This document shows positions 21,990-30,743 of a DNA stretch of 64,000 nt, piece by piece (the stretch's first letter is position 1; every line of letters starts with the position of its first letter). Both the position numbers and the translations under genes were made by a program. Source of the stretch: an uncultured Verrucomicrobiae bacterium (GTDB lineage: Bacteria; Verrucomicrobiota; Verrucomicrobiia; Chthoniobacterales; Chthoniobacteraceae); contig CAWIKF010000002.1 of NCBI GenBank assembly GCA_963836755.1, positions 640,001 to 704,000 on the forward strand. The letters run 5' to 3'. The notes beneath the pieces were generated by a model that was given only the letters and a program-made list of their open reading frames with translations, did no database searches and was not told the origin of the DNA.

Positions 21990-22007
21990 AATGGATGGAA
22001 GGTCCGC

Positions 22008-23690
22008 TTACTTCTGACGGCCTTCGCCGGGGCGATATTCTTCCTGCGCGACCTGGAAGGCTTGTTCGAGGCCGACCATGTCTTCGCCGGGTTTGAGGGT
22101 GTCGAACGCGGCGGCTTCGGCTTTGATGTCTTCTTCGCTGTAGTTGGCAGCTTTGATGGAGAGGCCGATGCGCCGCTCGGTCTTGTCGACTTTGATGACG
22201 CGCGCCTGGACTTCCTGGCCGACTTTGATGATGTCTTTGACTTTGGCGACGTGGTCTTCGCTGAGTTGCGAGATGTGGACGAGGCCGTCAATGTCGTCGC
22301 CCAGCTGCAGGAATGCGCCGAAGGTGGCGAGTTTGGTGACTTTGCCGGTGACGAGGTCGCCGATTTTGTAGCGCTGGTCGATGGCTTTCCACGGGTCGTC
22401 CTCGAGTTGTTTGAGGCCGAGGCTGATGCGCTGGTTCTGTTTGTCGATGTCGATGACGACGGCTTCGATTTCGTCGCCTTTTTTCAAGACTTCGTTCGGG
22501 TGGTTGATCTTGCGGGTCCAGCTGATGTCGCTGACGTGGACCATGCCGTCGATGCCTTCCTCGAGTTCGACGAAGGCGCCGTAGGCGGTCATGTTCCGGA
22601 CTTTGCCTTTGACTTGCTTGCCGATCATGTAGCGGTGCTCGATCTCGTCCCAAGGGTTGGTGTCGAGCTGACGGACGCCGAGGGAGATTTTTTGCTCTTC
22701 TTTGTTGACGCCGAGGACGACTGCTTCGACTTCCTGGCCGACGGTGAGGACGTCGGACGGGCGGGTGATGCGTTTGGTCCAGGAGAGTTCGGAGACGTGG
22801 ATAAGGCCTTCGACGCCTTCCTCGACTTCTACGAATGCGCCGTAGGGAACAAGGTTGGTGATTTTGCCTTTGATGTGGGTGCCAGTGGGGAAGCGCTCTT
22901 CGATTTTGTCCCACGGGTTTTTTTGGGTTTGCTTGAGGCCGAGGGAGACGCGCTCTTTCTCCTTGTTGATGTCGAGGACCTGCACTTCGACAACCTGTCC
23001 GACTTTGAGGAGCTCGCTGGGATGGCCGAGGCGGCCCCATGTCATGTCGGTGATGTGAAGGAGGCCGTCCATGCCATCGAGATCGACGAATGCGCCGAAG
23101 TCGGTGAGGTTTTTGACCGCGCCTGTGACGGTGCTGCCGATTTTGACGGTTTCGAGGAATTTCTGGCGCTTCTCGGAGCGTTCCTGCTCGATGAGTTCGC
23201 GGCGGGAAAGGACGACGTTTTTGCGATCGTCGTTGATTTTGACGATTTTAAAGTCGTAGGTGTTGCCGACGAATTGCTGGAGGTCTTTTGGCGGGATGAC
23301 GTCGATCTGCGAGCCGGGGAGGAAGGCCTCGACGCCAATGTTTACGGTGAGGCCGCCTTTGACGACGGCTTTGACTTTGCCTTTGATGAGGCCGTCGCCT
23401 TGGAAAACTTTTGCGATCTTTTCCCAGTTCTGTTTGTGAGCGGCGCGTTCTTTTGAGAGGCGCACCATGCCGTGATCGTCCTCGAGACGCTCGAGGAGCA
23501 CTTCTACTTCGTCGCCGACCTGGAGGTCGTCGATGTCATCAAATTCTGAGCGGGGGATGACGCCTTCGGATTTATAGCCGATGTCCACGAGGACTTCGCG
23601 CGGGCGAATCTCGAGGATATGTCCTTTTACAATGCTGCCTTCTTTGAAGTCGCGAAGACTTTTCGCGATCAACTTTTCCATTTCAATCAT
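22008..23690 (-). CDS. rpsA: 30S ribosomal protein S1
   Basis: Six S1 repeats (VDIGYKSEG, AFLPGSQID, FGAFVDL..MDGLLHITD, EGLIHVSELSW). 560 aa. Confidence 0.97.
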   Translation of the reverse strand: MIEMEKLIAKSLRDFKEGSIVKGHILEIRPREVLVDIGYKSEGVIPRSEFDDIDDLQVGDEVEVLLERLEDDHGMVRLSKERAAHKQNWEKIAKVFQGDGLIKGKVKAVVKGGLTVNIGVEAFLPGSQIDVIPPKDLQQFVGNTYDFKIVKINDDRKNVVLSRRELIEQERSEKRQKFLETVKIGSTVTGAVKNLTDFGAFVDLDGMDGLLHITDMTWGRLGHPSELLKVGQVVEVQVLDINKEKERVSLGLKQTQKNPWDKIEERFPTGTHIKGKITNLVPYGAFVEVEEGVEGLIHVSELSWTKRITRPSDVLTVGQEVEAVVLGVNKEEQKISLGVRQLDTNPWDEIEHRYMIGKQVKGKVRNMTAYGAFVELEEGIDGMVHVSDISWTRKINHPNEVLKKGDEIEAVVIDIDKQNQRISLGLKQLEDDPWKAIDQRYKIGDLVTGKVTKLATFGAFLQLGDDIDGLVHISQLSEDHVAKVKDIIKVGQEVQARVIKVDKTERRIGLSIKAANYSEEDIKAEAAAFDTLKPGEDMVGLEQAFQVAQEEYRPGEGRQK

Positions 23691-23831
23691 ATTGAATCAA
23701 TGTTCTGCCAAGCCACGGTTGCCGTTTTGCTTTCGCCCGGGCGCGGTCGTTTGATCGCGCCTAACGCGGGAGAAAGGGGTCGCACAATAGCGCAAAACTT
23801 TCGTGACACAAGTGTTTTGCTGCATTCGTGC

Positions 23832-23872
23832 AAAAAAAACGCCCGGGCCGGTTTGGCAGCCAGGGCGTTTTT
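23832..23872 (-). terminator. Rho-independent terminator after rpsR
   Basis: AAAAACGCCC...GGGCGTTTTT stem, with an A8 run on + (U-tract on -). Confidence 0.7.
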
Positions 23873-23898
23873 AAAAAAGGTGAAAGGAGCCTCGCGGC

Positions 23899-24138
23899 TT
23901 ACTTCATTAACAAGACCGACCGCGCGCGCTTGATCTCGCGGGTGATTTTGCGGTGCATGTGCGCGGGCATGCCGGTGACGCGCCGCGGGAGGATCTTTCC
24001 GCTCTCGGTGACGAAGCGGCGAAGGATGTCGGGGTTCTTGTAGTCGATCGCTTCGACGGTGATGTCGATGCGGCGGCGCGGCATCGAGCGGTTGGCGCGG
24101 CGGAACGCCGAGCGGCGCTTGGGTGTTTTCGGTTCCAT
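23899..24138 (-). CDS. rpsR: 30S ribosomal protein S18 (no zinc-binding cysteines)
   Basis: [26 protein letters not shown]...IKRAR. Confidence 0.96.
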   Translation of the reverse strand: MEPKTPKRRSAFRRANRSMPRRRIDITVEAIDYKNPDILRRFVTESGKILPRRVTGMPAHMHRKITREIKRARSVLLMK

Positions 24139-24140
24139 GA

Positions 24141-24314
24141 TTACTTGGTTTCGCGGTGCAATGTGTGCCGGCGCAGGAACGGGTTGTATTTCTTTTTCTC
24201 AAGCCGGCCGGGCGTGTTGAGGCTCTTTTTGTTGCGCGTCGTGATGTAACGCGACGCGGGTTTGCCCTCGGCTTTCGCTTCGGTGCATTCGATGGTGATG
24301 ATGTCTCTGGCCAT
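24141..24314 (-). CDS. rpmG: 50S ribosomal protein L33 (57 aa, missing from the ORF track; single Cys)
   Basis: Manual translation gives [57 protein letters not shown]. Its ATG overlaps the dksA stop (TAATG). Confidence 0.95.
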   Translation of the reverse strand: MARDIITIECTEAKAEGKPASRYITTRNKKSLNTPGRLEKKKYNPFLRRHTLHRETK

Positions 24315-24967
24315 TATTCTTTTGCTTCCGCTGGAGTTTCTTCTTCCTCGCCCTCAGTCGCATTGCCTTCCTCATCGGTCAATCCAAAAAGTGAGGTGAC
24401 CGGCTGGCGCGAGCGGGTGAGCTTGCGTTGTTTTTCAAGCTGCGACTGGCAATCGACGGTGTAGCGCGTGAAAGGAATCGCCTCGAGGCGTGCGTGTGGG
24501 ATCGATTTTCCTGACATCTCGCAGACGCCGTAGGTGCCGAGCTCGAGTCGCTTGAGGGCTTCGTCGATTTCGTAAAGCGCGTCCTGTTCCTGCGAAAGCA
24601 GGCTCAGCGCAAAATCGCGGTCATACGCATCGCTGCCGGCATCGGCTTGGTGCATCCCAAATGCGGATGCTTCGCTCCCCTCAGCTCGTGACCGCAATGT
24701 GTCACGCGCGACGCCGGTCATCGAATCGAGCATGCCGTCGCGCAAGGCGAGCAGGCGCTCTTGCTGCCGCTTGAAAAACGGATCTTTCAGCACGACCGGC
24801 TTTTTCGGCGTGACGACTGTGTTGTGATTATTGTGCGTATTCGTGCGCACAGGTTCCGCCTTTTTCTTTGCTGCGGGCTTCGCAGGTTTCGTCACAGCTT
24901 TCACGGGCTTGGCCGCCGCTTTCGCCGTCTTGGCCGGAGCTTTTTTGTGATTCGTCGTTTTCGCCAT
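24314..24967 (-). CDS. dksA: DksA/TraR family transcription factor with Lys/Ala-rich N-terminus
   Basis: Coiled-coil tip [48 protein letters not shown]. Start MAKTTNHKK. Confidence 0.85.
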   Translation of the reverse strand: MAKTTNHKKAPAKTAKAAAKPVKAVTKPAKPAAKKKAEPVRTNTHNNHNTVVTPKKPVVLKDPFFKRQQERLLALRDGMLDSMTGVARDTLRSRAEGSEASAFGMHQADAGSDAYDRDFALSLLSQEQDALYEIDEALKRLELGTYGVCEMSGKSIPHARLEAIPFTRYTVDCQSQLEKQRKLTRSRQPVTSLFGLTDEEGNATEGEEEETPAEAKE

Positions 24968-25091
24968 AAATGTAAACTGGGGGAGCAAATGATACGCCCG
25001 GGAAAAATTGAGCGCGCATACTTAGCGGCTTTACCAAAGGCGCGCAAGGGGGAATTCCGAAATATTCTTTTCCCGTGATCCGCGCCGGATT

Positions 25092-25886
25092 TCAAGAACT
25101 GGCGCTGGAATAATGGCGTAGCGCAAAATGCCAGAACGCGCGTCCCATTCCGACGCACAACGCAGCGGCGACGCCCATTTGCAGCAGCAGCGGCACGGGC
25201 TGCTCGAATGACCGCATCAACAGCCGCGCCGGAATATTCGCAACGATGATGACCGGGATGAACCAGCTGAAGACAAATTTGAAAACGCCGCGAAACACCG
25301 CGTCCGGATAGCGAGCGATGTTAAACAAGCTGTAGTAACCGTAAATCAAACCTTGCGCTCGGACGATCCAAAACGAAACCGTCGCGAGCGCGAACATGAT
25401 CGAATAGTGAATCGCGACGCCGAGGGAGACGGCGCACAGATAGAGCAGCACCTGCAGCGCGGACGGAACAACATTGAGTTTAACGAGTGAAAACACGACG
25501 ATCGCGATGCCGACGAGGGCATTGACGACGTTGTCCAAACCAAATTGCCGCGTGGAAACCGCGAACTGCGCATCGACCGGCAGCAGCAGCATGAAATCAA
25601 GCCGACCGGTCCGCACCAACTCGGGAAGATTCGCGACATTCACATAAAAAAAAGCCTGGAAAATCTGCCCGATAAGCTGGTGCGTTCCGACGAGCAGCAC
25701 GACCTCCCATTTGGACCAGCCGCCGATTTGGTTCACATACATGAACATCACCTCGATGAAAACAATTTGTCCCACAAACCATAACAGCTCGGTGAACATC
25801 CAAAGAATGAAGTTTGCCTTGAAACTCATCTCTCGAATCACGGAATTCCGCAGCATGATCCAGTAGATTTCGAGGTAGCGTTTCAT
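25092..25886 (-). CDS. ABC-2 family (ABC2_membrane_6-type) permease
   Basis: 6 TM. GGWSKWEV, VRTGRLDFMLLLP and ARYPDAVF motifs. Confidence 0.85.
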   Translation of the reverse strand: MKRYLEIYWIMLRNSVIREMSFKANFILWMFTELLWFVGQIVFIEVMFMYVNQIGGWSKWEVVLLVGTHQLIGQIFQAFFYVNVANLPELVRTGRLDFMLLLPVDAQFAVSTRQFGLDNVVNALVGIAIVVFSLVKLNVVPSALQVLLYLCAVSLGVAIHYSIMFALATVSFWIVRAQGLIYGYYSLFNIARYPDAVFRGVFKFVFSWFIPVIIVANIPARLLMRSFEQPVPLLLQMGVAAALCVGMGRAFWHFALRHYSSASS

Positions 25887-25893
25887 CGCGCGA

Positions 25894-26712
25894 TCACCCG
25901 CCGACCGCCTGATAGCGCCGCACGCCGCGGCTCCACATCAAGCGCGCGAGACTCCACGTCAGCAGCAGCCACCCTGTTTGGATCGCAAGTCCGCTCCACA
26001 ACGAACCTGCGCGAACTTTTTCCAAAAACACCGCGATTGGGAAAAAAAGTTCGTAGGTGAAAGGCAGCCAATGCATGGCGCCTTGCATCCACGCCGGCAT
26101 GATATCGAGAGGAAAAATGTGGCCGCTCAGGAAATATTCGAACGAGTAAAGAATGAAAACAATCGTCGAGATTTCCAGGATCCAAAACGCGAGCATCGCC
26201 AGCGCGTAAGCGACAAAAAATTGAATGAAGCCCGCCATCACGAGCGAGATCGCCGCGAGCGGCCACGTGAGCGGATCGCGCGGGAGCGTGATGTAGCTGC
26301 GGAACCACCAAAAGATCAGCCCGACCGGCACGATCGTCACTAAAGTGTATAACAACCGATAGCTCAAAAAAAGACTGATCCGGTAGTGCAGATAGTTCAG
26401 CGGCTTTGTCAGAAACGCGTTCATCTGCCCGTCGCGAATATCCGCCGCGATCTGCCACTCGTCCTCGGTCGGCGTGACGAGGTTGTCGACGAGGATCGTC
26501 AGCATAAAATAAAAAATCATCGCGTTGAAATCATAGCCGGCGACGCTCGTGCTCCGTTCCTGAAAAATCGCGCGCCAGATGAAAACCGTTCCCGCGAGCG
26601 GCACGAATCCGAAGAGCGCGCGCAGCAGAAAATTCCAGCGGTAGACGAAAGTATTCTGCAGGCCGATGTCGAAAACCTTGAGATATTTTGCGAGAGCCAT
26701 TGCGTGCGGCAT
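25894..26712 (-). CDS. ABC-2 family (ABC2_membrane_6-type) permease
   Basis: YRWNF, IAADIRDGQMNAFLTKP and LSGHIFPLD motifs. Ends RRYQAVGG. Start may be 26700. Confidence 0.85.
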   Translation of the reverse strand: MPHAMALAKYLKVFDIGLQNTFVYRWNFLLRALFGFVPLAGTVFIWRAIFQERSTSVAGYDFNAMIFYFMLTILVDNLVTPTEDEWQIAADIRDGQMNAFLTKPLNYLHYRISLFLSYRLLYTLVTIVPVGLIFWWFRSYITLPRDPLTWPLAAISLVMAGFIQFFVAYALAMLAFWILEISTIVFILYSFEYFLSGHIFPLDIMPAWMQGAMHWLPFTYELFFPIAVFLEKVRAGSLWSGLAIQTGWLLLTWSLARLMWSRGVRRYQAVGG

Positions 26713-26814
26713 GACTTCCTAGCAGCCCCTAGCGAAAAGCGAAAGCGGCACGTCAGCGCGAAAGGCGGACGTCTTTTTTAACTGCGGCTCATCGAGCCGG
26801 AATCGGCGCTGTGT

Positions 26815-27036
26815 CTACGCCAGTCTGCTTTCGCCGTCGGCCGCGGGCATCCATTTCCACGTCTGCTCGCCGAGCCAGACGCAGGCGATGTCGAGCGCGT
26901 CGGGATGCTGGTTGCTCCAGATCGTGTAGTGAAATCCTGTCTCGTCCTCATATCCTTCAGGCGCGCGCTCCAGCATCACGATGAGCGCGACCATTGAAAG
27001 CGATGAAGCGAAGAAAAATCCGGCGAGTATCAACAT
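26815..27036 (-). CDS. Small single-pass membrane protein with APEGYEDETGFH motif (73 aa)
   Basis: ATG 27036, an N-terminal TM, then RAPEGYEDETGFH. Has its own sigma54-type promoter. Confidence 0.6.
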   Translation of the reverse strand: MLILAGFFFASSLSMVALIVMLERAPEGYEDETGFHYTIWSNQHPDALDIACVWLGEQTWKWMPAADGESRLA

Positions 27037-27051
27037 AATCGCGGAAAAAGG

Positions 27052-27067
27052 AGCAAAGTGCGTGCCC
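27052..27067 (-). promoter_or_regulatory. Sigma54 (-24/-12) promoter
   Basis: The minus strand reads GGGCACGCACTTTGCT. This is GG-N10-GC and matches TGGCACG-N4-TTGCW at all positions but the first. Confidence 0.7.
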
Positions 27068-27114
27068 GAAGTGCGAAAAAAGTTTCGCTTTTTAAACAAA
27101 AGGTTGGCGCGCGC

Positions 27115-28026
27115 TCACCTTGGAATTTTCGGCTCCTCATCCCGCTCTTTCCAGCGCGCCAGCGATTGCTCGTGCAGATGACGGCGATGAAAAAACCGCG
27201 GCAGCACGCCATATTTTGGGCTGAAGAGAAATGCGAGGCAGAAAATTCCGCCGAGCACCAGCACGATGCACGCGCCGGACGGAAGATTGAGCCAGTAGGA
27301 AAGAAACAGCCCAAGCGTGGAGCCGGCCATGCCGAGAATTCCGCCGCCCCAAAACATCGCGCTGAAGGAATTGGAAAAAAGATAGATCGTCGCCGCGGGC
27401 GCAGTCAGCAGGCCGAGCGCGAGAATCACTCCGACCGCTTGCAGCGACGAAATCATCGAGAGCACGAGCAATGAAAGAATGAGGTAATTGAGCTTCGTGA
27501 CCGGCACGCCCTGCGTCGCCGCGATTGCCGGCTCGAACAGCATGACCAGCAGCGGCCTTTGCAAAGCGACCAGCGTCCCGAGCGTGAGAAAACTGATCCA
27601 GTAGATCGTCCACAAATCGGAATCCGCGAGGCCGAGAATGTTGCCAAACAAGTAATGATGCAGCTCCACGTGCACGCGCGAAAAACTCAGCAGCACGATG
27701 CCGAGCGAAAATGCGACGGTGTAAAGAATGCCGAGCGACGTGTCTTCCTTCACGCGAGAGCTGCGCGAAATCAGCTCCGAGCCGAGCGCGACGAGCAGCG
27801 CCGCGATGAGTGCGCCGATGAAAAGTCCTGTCGGCGCGAGGCCGAAAAGCATCACGCCGATCGCGAGGCCTGGCAGCAGCGAATGCGAGAGCGCATCAGC
27901 CATCAGCGCGAGCCGGCGCAGCACGATGAACGCGCTCAGGAAACCATTAGTGAAGCCGATCAGCGCGCAGCCAAAAAGCGCGCGCTGCATGAATTCGTGG
28001 CGAAAAGGTTCAAGCAGCCACGTCAT
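27115..28026 (-). CDS. Metal (Zn/Mn) ABC transporter permease, ABC-3 family (ZnuB/MntB-like)
   Basis: LRRLALMADALSHSLLPG, YLFGNILG and LQAVGVIL motifs. Confidence 0.92.
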   Translation of the reverse strand: MTWLLEPFRHEFMQRALFGCALIGFTNGFLSAFIVLRRLALMADALSHSLLPGLAIGVMLFGLAPTGLFIGALIAALLVALGSELISRSSRVKEDTSLGILYTVAFSLGIVLLSFSRVHVELHHYLFGNILGLADSDLWTIYWISFLTLGTLVALQRPLLVMLFEPAIAATQGVPVTKLNYLILSLLVLSMISSLQAVGVILALGLLTAPAATIYLFSNSFSAMFWGGGILGMAGSTLGLFLSYWLNLPSGACIVLVLGGIFCLAFLFSPKYGVLPRFFHRRHLHEQSLARWKERDEEPKIPR

Positions 28027-28756
28027 GAGAAATGCCGGAAAATGCGTCGGTATCGTAAGTGCGCCTGATGTTTTCCTCGGTAAAAATTTCCTGCGTCGGG
28101 CCGAACGCGATGAGCTCGCCGTTGAGCAAAATCACTTCGTCAAAAAGATCGGGCACTGTTTTCAAATCGTGATGCGAGGCGATGACGAGATTGCCGCGCC
28201 GCGCGATGGCGCGCAACGTCTCGCGCATCATTTCCTGCCCGCCCTTGTCGAGCCCGGTGAACGGTTCATCGAGGAGAAAAACATGCGCCTCCTGCGCGAG
28301 CGCGCGCCCGAGAAAAGCGCGCTGCTGCTGCCCGCCGCTCAACGCGCTGATCTGGCGATCCGCGAGGTCGGTGAGGTGGAGCGACGCGAGCACATCGGCG
28401 ACAATGCGTTCATCATTTTCGCCAAAACGCTTCCACCATCCGAGCCGCATGAAACGCCCGAGCTCGACCACGGCGCGCACTGTGATCGGGAAATCCGAAT
28501 CCTGCGTGCTGCGTTGCGGCAGATACGCAAGATCGGTCGCCGAGCCGCCGGAATTGTGGCCGTGAAATCTGATCGAGCCGCTCTCAGCCGGCAGCAGGCC
28601 GACCATTGTTTTAAATAAAGTTGTCTTGCCCGCGCCGTTCGGGCCGAGCAGCGCGACGCAGGTGCCGCATTTCATTTCCATCGTGAGATGATGCAACGCG
28701 GGAACTCGGTTGTAGGAGACGGTCAGGTCGCGAATTTCCAGTCGATGTGCGGACAT
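28010..28756 (-). CDS. Metal ABC transporter ATP-binding subunit (ZnuC/MntA-like)
   Basis: Walker A GPNGAGKTT, AYLPQ, signature LSGGQQQR, LLDEPFTGLD and SHHDL. Confidence 0.93.
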   Translation of the reverse strand: MSAHRLEIRDLTVSYNRVPALHHLTMEMKCGTCVALLGPNGAGKTTLFKTMVGLLPAESGSIRFHGHNSGGSATDLAYLPQRSTQDSDFPITVRAVVELGRFMRLGWWKRFGENDERIVADVLASLHLTDLADRQISALSGGQQQRAFLGRALAQEAHVFLLDEPFTGLDKGGQEMMRETLRAIARRGNLVIASHHDLKTVPDLFDEVILLNGELIAFGPTQEIFTEENIRRTYDTDAFSGISHDVAA

Positions 28757-28762
28757 ATTTTT

Positions 28763-29179
28763 TCAGGGTTGAAACGTCAGCACTTCGTCCACCGGCCCGC
28801 TCGCCCAGACGACTCGCTCCAGCTTCGAGCCGTTCTCCGGCGTCACCGCGAGCTTCACTGCGCCGGGCTCGGAAGGATCTTTGAATTTTCCCTGGAGCAC
28901 GAGATCCACGCCTTCCGGTGGGAAGTCCATTTTTACATTTTCGCTCACTGGCGCGGTGCCGGCGTCGCCTTTCCAAATGACGTTGCCGAGATGCTTGACG
29001 ACAAATTGAAACGGTCCGCTTGTCGCCGTGATTTCGAGATGCAGCGAACTCTCGGCAGCGGCAGGCGCGGCCACGACTGCGGCCGCGGCGCGTCTGCTCG
29101 TGAGCTTCCGCAGCGGCACGAACATCAATGCCATGAGCGCCACGATCACCAGCAATCTGAGAAAGGGCGACCCTTGCAC
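28763..29179 (-). CDS. Hypothetical membrane-anchored periplasmic protein inside the metal ABC operon
   Basis: 138 aa with an N-terminal TM and a beta-rich domain. 6-nt gaps to both neighbours. Confidence 0.7.
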   Translation of the reverse strand: MQGSPFLRLLVIVALMALMFVPLRKLTSRRAAAAVVAAPAAAESSLHLEITATSGPFQFVVKHLGNVIWKGDAGTAPVSENVKMDFPPEGVDLVLQGKFKDPSEPGAVKLAVTPENGSKLERVVWASGPVDEVLTFQP

Positions 29180-29185
29180 AAGCCT

Positions 29186-30082
29186 CTATTTCAGCGCGTC
29201 CACGATCGTCGTCACGTTGTGCTTCATCATTCCCTCATAAGTCGACGCATCGCCGGTGCCAAGCCCATCCGCGTAAAGTGTGCCGCCGATTTTTGCGCCC
29301 GATTCCCGCGTGATTTCCTTCGTCACTTTCGGATTTTCAATGTTCTCGAAAAAGATCGCCTTCACGCCTTGTTTTCTAATCGTGTCGATGATGTCGGAAA
29401 CTTTTTTGTTCGATGGCTCATCCTCCGTGCTCACGCCTTCGATGGAGTAAATCGTAAAGCCATTTTCCCTCGCGAAATATTGGAATGCATCGTGCGAAGT
29501 CACCAGCTTCCGGCTGTCGCGCGGCAGCTCCGCCACCTTGTGTTTCACCCAGCTTCGCAACGCTTCGAGCTTCGCAATGTAGGCCGCCGCATTTTTGTCG
29601 TATTCCGCCTTGCCGGCCGGATCGAGCTTGATCAATTCATCGCGCACGACCTGCGTTGCCTTTTCCATGTTTGCGATGCTGTGCCACCAATGCGGATCCT
29701 CGATCATCCCGCCGACAACCGTAGCCTTTTCACCCTCCTCAACCTTCATTTTCAGCGACGGAAATTTGTCACCCACCTGGACGAGATCGCCTTTCGTGCC
29801 CGCGCTTTCCTTCAGTTTTGTGAGATAACCTTCCATGTGTTTGCCCGACGCGAGCACGAGCTGCGAATCGCCGACTTGTTTAAGATCCGCGGGCGTCGGC
29901 TCGTATTCATGCGGATCGACTCCGGCCCGCACGAGTCCTGTCACCTCGATCTGGTCACCGCCGACCGCCTGCGCAAGTGCCGTCAGGATTGTCGAAAAAG
30001 TCGTCACCTTGATTTTGTCCGCGGCTGAAGCCTGGCCGAGCGCGGACGCCAGAAACAAAAGCGGCAGCAGGATTTTTCTCAC
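29186..30082 (-). CDS. Metal ABC transporter substrate-binding protein (TroA/ZnuA family, His-His-His-Asp ligands)
   Basis: Signal peptide. DPHEYEP, DPHWWH, TSHDAFQY and LYADGL motifs. Confidence 0.93.
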   Translation of the reverse strand: MRKILLPLLFLASALGQASAADKIKVTTFSTILTALAQAVGGDQIEVTGLVRAGVDPHEYEPTPADLKQVGDSQLVLASGKHMEGYLTKLKESAGTKGDLVQVGDKFPSLKMKVEEGEKATVVGGMIEDPHWWHSIANMEKATQVVRDELIKLDPAGKAEYDKNAAAYIAKLEALRSWVKHKVAELPRDSRKLVTSHDAFQYFARENGFTIYSIEGVSTEDEPSNKKVSDIIDTIRKQGVKAIFFENIENPKVTKEITRESGAKIGGTLYADGLGTGDASTYEGMMKHNVTTIVDALK

Positions 30083-30112
30083 GAATCAAACGTAGAACCG
30101 TGTCGAACTAAC

Positions 30113-30126
30113 GCAAGCAAATTGCA
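30113..30126. promoter_or_regulatory. Putative Zur/Fur-family operator GCAA-N5-TTGC(A) upstream of the metal-binding protein gene
   Basis: GCAAgcaaaTTGCA lies 31-44 nt upstream of the GTG at 30082. The same motif recurs twice in the fur/peptidase divergent region. Confidence 0.6.
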
Positions 30127-30161
30127 AAAGGAAATCAACTTTCGATAAAAGTTCCGTGCCT

Positions 30162-30743
30162 TCAATGCGCTCCCTGCAAGACAACCTCCGAAAGCGCCAC
30201 GGGACTGCCTTTTGCGCCGGGATAAATCTCCACAATCTCCAGCGTCATCCGGTCGCCAGAATGCACCATGATGTCGTCAAAACTGAAGTGCTGCCAACGG
30301 CGCGTGTCGGCAAACTGCACGTAATAAAGCGGCTTGCCGTTGTAATAAAACCTCGCCTTTTTCACGCGTGCAAAATTCTTCCATGTCTCCTGCGTGTCCC
30401 AATTGCCGTCGATGACATCCAGTCCATAAAACGGCACATTGTCCTCCATTTCCGCCGGAAGTTTTTTCGGAAAAAAGAAAGTCAACTTTGCACCGATGCC
30501 GGTGGGATCCGTCCACGGCGGCGACGGTTTATCATCGTTTAACACAGTAACTTTGACAGGAGTTGTGCCTTTCGCCGGAACTGCCTGCACAGTCCATGGA
30601 AAGGCGCATTTCATCGAGCATCCGCCCATCAATTCCGGGATGACCGGAGTGCCGATCGTTGGTTTCAAAGTCGGCAGATCATCGGCGAAAACCGCCGTCG
30701 CGGTGAGCCAGATCGCGAAAAGAAAAATGTTCTGACGTTTCAT
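30162..30743 (-). CDS. Secreted beta-sandwich protein (discoidin/NADase-type glycan-binding-domain-like) with GCSxxC motif
   Basis: Signal peptide. GGCSMKC, W..N.RVKK and LEIVEIYPG..ALSEV motifs. Overlaps the ATPase stop (ATGA). Confidence 0.55.
   Translation of the reverse strand: MKRQNIFLFAIWLTATAVFADDLPTLKPTIGTPVIPELMGGCSMKCAFPWTVQAVPAKGTTPVKVTVLNDDKPSPPWTDPTGIGAKLTFFFPKKLPAEMEDNVPFYGLDVIDGNWDTQETWKNFARVKKARFYYNGKPLYYVQFADTRRWQHFSFDDIMVHSGDRMTLEIVEIYPGAKGSPVALSEVVLQGAH

Noticed and set aside
21729..23456. 575-aa plus-strand ORF
   Set aside because: Antisense shadow of rpsA, produced by strong codon bias.
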